From NCBI GenBank assembly GCA_037127585.1, contig JBAXYB010000004.1:4022-68021 (forward strand): a stretch of DNA of 64,000 nucleotides. Reading direction: 5' to 3'. The position numbers and the translations under genes were made by a program. This document shows, one piece after another, positions 58,920 to 64,000 of this stretch. The stretch comes from Verrucomicrobiota bacterium. Its GTDB lineage: Bacteria; Verrucomicrobiota; Verrucomicrobiia; Palsa-1439. The stretch's first letter is position 1; each line of letters starts with the position of its first letter. The notes under the pieces are model-generated. The model was not told where the DNA came from. It worked only from the letters and a program-made list of their open reading frames with translations, and did not search any database.

Positions 58920-59531
58920 TTAGGCGCAGGTCTCGAACGCCCGCGCTCGTTCGGCGCACTTGTTACAGCGACCACACGCCCGACCGCCGCGTGGCGCGAC
59001 ACAGGAGAAAGTCAGGTGCAACGGCAAACCACGACCGCGGCGGATCACCTGCGCCTTCGCGAGCGACCGGAAGGGAGCGATGACTTTCAACTGGCAGTTC
59101 AGCGCGTTACCGGCGAGGCGGGCGAAGTCGCGGAAGAATTTCGGGGTCGCATCCGGGAAGGGATTGTGGCCGAGCGAGCCGATGGCGATGACCGGGATCT
59201 TATTCAGCGCGCAGAAGACCGCGGCTTTCGAGAGCAACATGAGGTTGCGGCCCGGGAGATACATCTTTTCGTCGGCGGTTTTCGCGCCGGGGACGTTTTT
59301 GCCAGTGAGGCTCCAGTGGTTGCCATAATCGACCGGCGAGTTGAGGACGGTGAGCGGACCGGCGTGAATGGCGCGGAGATACCGGCGGAGATGGCGGAGT
59401 TCCGCGGTTTCCCATATCAAGCCATGCCGGATGAAGACTGGATAAACGCGCCGGTGGCGGTGCGCCAACTCGGCCAACATCACGCAGCTATCGAGGCCAC
59501 CGCTGACGAGGGCGCAGACGGTACTTTTCAT
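58920..59531 (-). CDS. queC: 7-cyano-7-deazaguanine synthase
   Basis: The PP-loop is CALVSGGLDS, and the C-terminal zinc cysteines are CGRCNKC. Confidence 0.85.
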   Translation of the reverse strand: MKSTVCALVSGGLDSCVMLAELAHRHRRVYPVFIRHGLIWETAELRHLRRYLRAIHAGPLTVLNSPVDYGNHWSLTGKNVPGAKTADEKMYLPGRNLMLLSKAAVFCALNKIPVIAIGSLGHNPFPDATPKFFRDFARLAGNALNCQLKVIAPFRSLAKAQVIRRGRGLPLHLTFSCVAPRGGRACGRCNKCAERARAFETCA

Positions 59532-59565
59532 TTCATTCGCGACCGGTCGCGATTACAAATCGCTC

Positions 59566-59847
59566 CTACATGGACTGCCGGATCGTCTCTTTCTCAGCTT
59601 CGAGTTTGTCGCGGAGGCGGGCGACGCCGACGCGGAGATTCTCGGCTAACTTCTGCGCGTCTTCCGCTTTGCCGGCAGTGCGGGCGGTGGCGATCTTCGG
59701 GGTGAGGTCGAGTTCGACCTCGGCGATTTTGGCTTTGTAGATGCGCTCCAGTTCCGCGAGCTTTTCTTTTTGCGCGGCGGTGAGTTTCGCGGCGGATTTT
59801 CCGCCGGTGCGTTCGAGGGCGAGCTCCCAAGAGGATTTAAGGGCCAT
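59566..59847 (-). CDS. hypothetical protein (helical, 93 aa)
   Basis: The ATG at 59847 overlaps the upstream Rieske gene stop (ATGA). Confidence 0.4.
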   Translation of the reverse strand: MALKSSWELALERTGGKSAAKLTAAQKEKLAELERIYKAKIAEVELDLTPKIATARTAGKAEDAQKLAENLRVGVARLRDKLEAEKETIRQSM

Positions 59848-60152
59848 CAGATTTTCACTTTCACGTCGTTGCCTTCGATGACGACATCGAACCGGTCCAC
59901 TTTCGCCGTCGGGATGACGGGCGATTGGCCGGTGGTGCAGTCGAATCGCCAGCCGTGCCACGGGCAGGTGACGACGCAGCCGTCGAGCATGCCTTCGCTC
60001 AGCGGACCGCCGCGATGCGGGCAGACGTTGTCGATGGCGTGCAGCTTCCCGTCGATGTTGAAGAGCGCAAGTTCGCGCTCGCCGGCGACGACGGTTTTGC
60101 CTTCACCGGGCTTGAGGTCGGAGGTCTCGGCTACTTTGATAAGGTCACTCAT
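59847..60152 (-). CDS. Rieske [2Fe-2S] domain protein (NirD-like small subunit)
   Basis: CPHRGGPLSEG...CPWHGWRF shows the Rieske CxH...CxxH ligands, in a protein of about 100 aa. Confidence 0.7.
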   Translation of the reverse strand: MSDLIKVAETSDLKPGEGKTVVAGERELALFNIDGKLHAIDNVCPHRGGPLSEGMLDGCVVTCPWHGWRFDCTTGQSPVIPTAKVDRFDVVIEGNDVKVKI

Positions 60153-60167
60153 GGTATTGTTTGTGGC

Positions 60168-60737
60168 ATGGATTCGGAACGGTTTCAAGACGCGATTACC
60201 CGCATCGACGCCGCCAACGCCGGTGACCCGCAGGGCGGCGCGTTGCCCTACTCGCAACACGTCTCGGCGTGGGTCGTGAAACTCGCGCCCGCCGCCAGCG
60301 AACCGCTCCGGCTCGCCGCGCGGGCCCAGCACATTTGCCGGTGGTTGAGTCCACGTGATTCATATCCACCCGGTCGGATCGGGTACTTGAAATGGCGCGA
60401 GGATTTGAAACAGTTTCACGCCAGGAAAGCCGGGGAGATTCTCCGGGAAGTCGGTTACGACCCGAATACGATTGACCGCGTCCAACATCTGATTTGCAAA
60501 CGCAATTTCCCACGCGACGAGGAGGGCCGGGTGTTGGAGGACGCGTTGTGTCTGACGTTTTTGGAGATACAGTTCGCTGAGACTACAGCCAAGACCGGGA
60601 ATGACAAGATGGTCGAAATCCTCCGCAAAACTTGGCGCAAGATGACGCCAGCGGCGCAGGCGTTGGCCGGGACGTTGCCGCTGACCGATGCCCAGCGCGC
60701 CCTGCTCGAACAAGCGCTCACGCCGCAAGCTCCGTAA
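60168..60737 (+). CDS. hypothetical protein (DUF4202-like)
   Basis: A 189-aa ORF from the ATG at 60168. The family assignment is from memory and is low confidence. Confidence 0.4.
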   Translation: MDSERFQDAITRIDAANAGDPQGGALPYSQHVSAWVVKLAPAASEPLRLAARAQHICRWLSPRDSYPPGRIGYLKWREDLKQFHARKAGEILREVGYDPNTIDRVQHLICKRNFPRDEEGRVLEDALCLTFLEIQFAETTAKTGNDKMVEILRKTWRKMTPAAQALAGTLPLTDAQRALLEQALTPQAP

Positions 60738-60985
60738 TTTACTGGGCGGGCCGTTCAGTCTTGTCTGGTCGTGGTGATAAACTTTCTTACCGGTGCGAAT
60801 TTTCGGTAACCAATCTTCAACTTGGCGGATTTGTCAAAGGTAACCGATGCTTTTGTTCATCAGTCGGTTAGCGCACAGTGAGCAGCGGTTGTCGATTGAC
60901 AAGACGGGGGTGGCGCAGCATCTTGGCTTGTCGAGTGCTATTGATGAGTATGAGAAATACCAAAACCACGTAGGAGAATAAGATC

Positions 60986-61492
60986 ATGAACATCATCAAG
61001 CTGATTCAGAAGCGCTTCCTCGGGAAAAGTGTGTCGACCCGGCGCGGGCAGTCGATGGTGGAGTTCGCGATAGTGGCCCCGCTGTTCTTCTTGATGGTCT
61101 TTGGAATCATCGATATTGGGCGGGTCATTTTCTCCCAAATCACCCTGCAAAATGCGATGCGCCAAGCCGGCCGATTCGCGGTCACCGGCAACCGCCTCAC
61201 CGACCCGGTCACACTGCAGCCGATGTCGCGCGTGAATTCCATTATCGAAACCGCCAAGAAAGCAGCCGTCGGACTTGACGTCACGAATATTCAGATCAGC
61301 AGCGCCGCCGGCGGCAACTCCGGGGCGGCTCGGGCGGGCGGCCCGCGCGATGTGGTGACGATCTCCATGACCTCCAATTTGAAGTTGATCACTCCGATGA
61401 TTGGGCGGTTTTTTGGTGCGAGTGGCATTTATACGTTTACGGTGAAAACCACCTTCTTGAACGAACCCTTTGCATCAACCCAAACGTCGTAG
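60986..61492 (+). CDS. TadE/TadG-like pilus assembly protein
   Basis: The N-terminal RRGQSMVEFAIVAPLFFLMVFGIIDIGR is the TadE-like motif. Confidence 0.65.
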   Translation: MNIIKLIQKRFLGKSVSTRRGQSMVEFAIVAPLFFLMVFGIIDIGRVIFSQITLQNAMRQAGRFAVTGNRLTDPVTLQPMSRVNSIIETAKKAAVGLDVTNIQISSAAGGNSGAARAGGPRDVVTISMTSNLKLITPMIGRFFGASGIYTFTVKTTFLNEPFASTQTS

Positions 61493-61504
61493 TAATTTTC
61501 ACTA

Positions 61505-62047
61505 ATGCCGACCCTGCAACATATCCGCCAGCGATTGACCCGGTTTCTCCGACACGGCGAGTCCGGGCAAGCGTTTATTGAGTTAGCCTTCGTCGTCATG
61601 ATGCTGGCGGTCTTGCTGTTTGGACTCATCGACTTTGGCCGCTTTCTTTACGAACGCCAGATCGTGGTGAACCTGTCTCGCGAAGGCGCGAACCTCGTTT
61701 TGCGGAACACCGCGGTGACCAATGCCGCCACCGCGGTCATGAACTCAGCCAGTCCCTTGAAGATGGCCACGCAGGGCCGGTTGATCATGAGCACAGTCAC
61801 GAATAGCAACGGGGTTCGGCGCGTCACCAGTCAGTATGCGACCGGCGGATTGGCCAGTGGCTCGGCCAGCAAACTCGGGGTTCTCAACGCTGTCGCCACC
61901 ATGCCGGCAACAACCACGGTTATTCCGGCCGCTGGCAAAGTGTTATACGTCACGGAAGTCTATTACAAATTCACGCCCATCACGCCGGTCGGGAAACTGC
62001 TCCAACTAGCCGCCCCATCCAATCTCTATGACGTGGCGTATTTCTAA
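61505..62047 (+). CDS. TadE-like protein
   Basis: GESGQAFIELAFVVMMLAVLLFGLIDFGRFLYER is the TadE-like N-terminal helix. Confidence 0.65.
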   Translation: MPTLQHIRQRLTRFLRHGESGQAFIELAFVVMMLAVLLFGLIDFGRFLYERQIVVNLSREGANLVLRNTAVTNAATAVMNSASPLKMATQGRLIMSTVTNSNGVRRVTSQYATGGLASGSASKLGVLNAVATMPATTTVIPAAGKVLYVTEVYYKFTPITPVGKLLQLAAPSNLYDVAYF

Positions 62048-62063
62048 TTCCTGGAGACAACCA

Positions 62064-63314
62064 ATGAAACTCACCCGCCCCCGCCCCGCTCGCAGCTCAC
62101 GCCAGGACGGCCAATCGATGGTGATGTTCGTGTTTTTTCTAGTGGTCTTGATCTTGTTCACGGGCCTCGGCATCGACCTCGGGTTCGCCTACATCACCAA
62201 AGCCAATCTCTCAAAAGCCGTTGACGCCGCTTGTTTGGAAGGGATGCTCAACGCCAATCAAGGCACTGTCACCGCGACGGCGATTGCCCAAAGCGTCTTC
62301 GCCGCCAATTACGGCCGCCCCGGCCGCGATACCGGGACCGTGACGCCGAACATCGTCATGAGTTTCAGCCCGCTCGGCCACCGGCTCGTCACCGTCGATG
62401 CGACGGCCCAGATCAACACCTTTTTCATCCGCATCTTACCGACCTGGAAACGCCTCAGCGTCAAAGCCAACGCCCAAGCCCAGCAACGCCGGCTCATCAT
62501 GTCACTGGTGCTGGATCGTTCGGGGTCGATGATTAATGACCGTGGTGCTAATGTTCTCCCGCAGGCAGTCACCAATTTCGTCGGCTATTTCGATGATGCA
62601 AACGATTACGTCTCCATGAACAGTTTCTCGACGTGGGGACGAACGGATGTGACGATCCGTCAGAACTTCAAATCCTCCATCACCGCGACTGCTAACGTTT
62701 GGATGGCGAACTTGAATGCAAACTTTAGTGGCAATACCTGCTCCGAGCAAGGGTTCACAAATGGACTGGCCCAAAACCAAAGCATCGTTGTCGCTCCCGG
62801 TGACGATGTCATCAAAGCGATTATCTTCTTCACCGATGGTTTGGCAAACGGGTTTAAGTACACGCTCAATTGTGGACCGAGAAACATTTCCAATTCGAAT
62901 GGTGGGAGACCAACGATCACTGACCCACTCACCGGAGCAGTGAATAGTAACGGCTGCACCGTTCCTTCCACAATCCCGTCGATCGACCCGTCGTACACCG
63001 GGAAGGCAAACATCAACACCGTGAGTTGCGGCGATATGCATGATGAAGCCGAAGCTCGCGCTGTGGCACTTGCCAGACAGGCGCGGGCACTTGGAAACAT
63101 CGTTTATTGCGTTGGTCTGGGGAATGGTTTTTCGGAATGCTCACGGCCGGCCCTCAATCCCGACTTTCTTAAGGACATGGCCAATACCACTGACAGTCCG
63201 CACTACGACCCAACTCAGCCCGTCGGCCTCTCCCTCGTCGCCGACGACCCCAGCGACGTCCAACCCCTCTTCGACCAGATTCGCGCCGACATTCTGTTGC
63301 GCCTCACGCAATAA
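62064..63314 (+). CDS. Tad-pilus-associated von Willebrand factor A domain protein (TadG-like)
   Basis: The N-terminal TadG-like segment (GQSMVMFVFFLVVLILFTGLGIDLG) is followed by a vWA MIDAS motif, LVLDRSGSM. Confidence 0.65.
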   Translation: MKLTRPRPARSSRQDGQSMVMFVFFLVVLILFTGLGIDLGFAYITKANLSKAVDAACLEGMLNANQGTVTATAIAQSVFAANYGRPGRDTGTVTPNIVMSFSPLGHRLVTVDATAQINTFFIRILPTWKRLSVKANAQAQQRRLIMSLVLDRSGSMINDRGANVLPQAVTNFVGYFDDANDYVSMNSFSTWGRTDVTIRQNFKSSITATANVWMANLNANFSGNTCSEQGFTNGLAQNQSIVVAPGDDVIKAIIFFTDGLANGFKYTLNCGPRNISNSNGGRPTITDPLTGAVNSNGCTVPSTIPSIDPSYTGKANINTVSCGDMHDEAEARAVALARQARALGNIVYCVGLGNGFSECSRPALNPDFLKDMANTTDSPHYDPTQPVGLSLVADDPSDVQPLFDQIRADILLRLTQ

Positions 63315-63334
63315 CAGTCATCCTCGCCGTTGAT

Positions 63335-63386
63335 GGGAGGGCGAGCCTCCCGGCGAGCCGCGGCTCGACTGGAACCTCGCCCTCCC
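63335..63386. repeat. family-A palindrome (partly deleted copy) downstream of the TadG-like gene
   Basis: GGGAGGGCGAGCCTCCCGGCGAGCCGCGGCTCG...CCTCGCCCTCCC. Confidence 0.5.
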
Positions 63387-63452
63387 GAGTTCCTCTCACT
63401 GGACCGCATTGCCGGTTTTACTAATCGCGCGAATCGCGGTAGTCTCGCCGCC

Positions 63453-64000
63453 GTGAAAGTCAGCACCAAACTCAGTACCGCTTTTTGCTTGGCGGCGGTC
63501 TTTCTCCTCGTCGTGGAAATCGCCGCAGTCATCGTTGTCGACCGGCTGAACTCGATTCTGGCCGCCACTAATCACGCCAATCTCCAAGCCGGCCAAGTCG
63601 CCGAAGCCCTCCAAGCCTACCGGCTCGCGCCGCAACGCCGCGCGGATCTTGGGGCGCGCCTCGATGATTTGGAACGGCTGGCCCGCACCCCGGCCGAGAA
63701 CGACCTGATCACCAAGGCCCGGCAAGGGTTGACCACCGGCCAGCCCATGGTCGCCCTCGAAGAACTCGGCACACTGTATCGGCAAGCCATCTTCAAGAAT
63801 TCCACCCGCCTCCAAACCATCCATCACTGGACGACGATCGGCCTGATTGTAATCATGCTCGACAGCGTTCTCTTGTTCGTCGGCCTGACGTGGCTCGTGC
63901 GCCGGTGGCTGCTCCGGCCTTTGGGTTTCATGAATCACGGCGTGGCCGCGCTGGCCGCCGTCGATTTAGCGCGCCAAGTCTCGCCCATCGGCGACGAAGA
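63453..64000 (+). CDS. membrane sensor protein, N-terminal part (likely HAMP-containing histidine kinase or chemoreceptor; continues beyond the window)
   Basis: The open frame runs from the GTG at 63453. One transmembrane helix is followed by a periplasmic segment, a second helix (IGLIVIMLDSVLLFVGLTWLV), and then RRWLLRPLGFMNHGVAALAA, a HAMP-like segment. Confidence 0.4.
   Translation, partial: MKVSTKLSTAFCLAAVFLLVVEIAAVIVVDRLNSILAATNHANLQAGQVAEALQAYRLAPQRRADLGARLDDLERLARTPAENDLITKARQGLTTGQPMVALEELGTLYRQAIFKNSTRLQTIHHWTTIGLIVIMLDSVLLFVGLTWLVRRWLLRPLGFMNHGVAALAAVDLARQVSPIGDE

Noticed and set aside
60846-60980. The 44-aa ORF upstream of the Tad genes as a possible Flp pilin.
   Set aside because: It lacks the Flp leader and the G/XXXXEY processing motif, so it is not a pilin. 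It is mentioned only as a possible small HTH-like ORF in the Tad finding.
1-64000. CRISPR arrays, rRNA and tRNA genes.
   Set aside because: No regularly spaced short direct repeats of the CRISPR kind occur. Every intergenic spacer longer than 50 nt was read and none folds into a tRNA cloverleaf or resembles rRNA. The repeats present are palindromic REP-type elements, not CRISPR.

Overview
This is a 64 kb high-GC segment (roughly 60-65% GC, with local dips to about 45-50%) of a Gram-negative-type bacterial chromosome. It is densely packed with housekeeping genes on both strands: xseA/xseB, deaD, dxs, tlyA, nadK, ptsN-like, cimA, metH, an oppABCDF-type peptide ABC transporter, secG-tpiA-pgk, potABCD with a putrescine aminotransferase and a gamma-glutamylputrescine-oxidase-like gene, addB-addA, lptF/G, a DAHP synthase, dnaE, ubiD, queC/queD and the start of a Tad (Flp) pilus locus. 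I did not find rRNA, tRNA or CRISPR arrays.

Two kinds of non-housekeeping structure stand out, and the first is type II toxin-antitoxin cassettes inserted next to core genes. Both ParE-type cassettes share the same architecture (a small antitoxin gene overlapping a ParE/RelE toxin gene). Each is bracketed by a direct duplication of the terminus of the adjacent host gene: three copies of the metH 3' end in series, and two copies of the 5' end of the putrescine-oxidase gene. A third module, VapBC, sits beside a low-GC islet.

The second is a large population of GC-rich palindromic repeats. One family has the classic REP/REPIN form: a GTAG or GTGG tetranucleotide followed by a short hairpin, usually as an inverted doublet. 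A second family has the core GGGAGGGCGAGGCTCCCGCCGAGCCG. Copies lie intergenically and, unusually, in-frame inside dnaE, deaD and addA.
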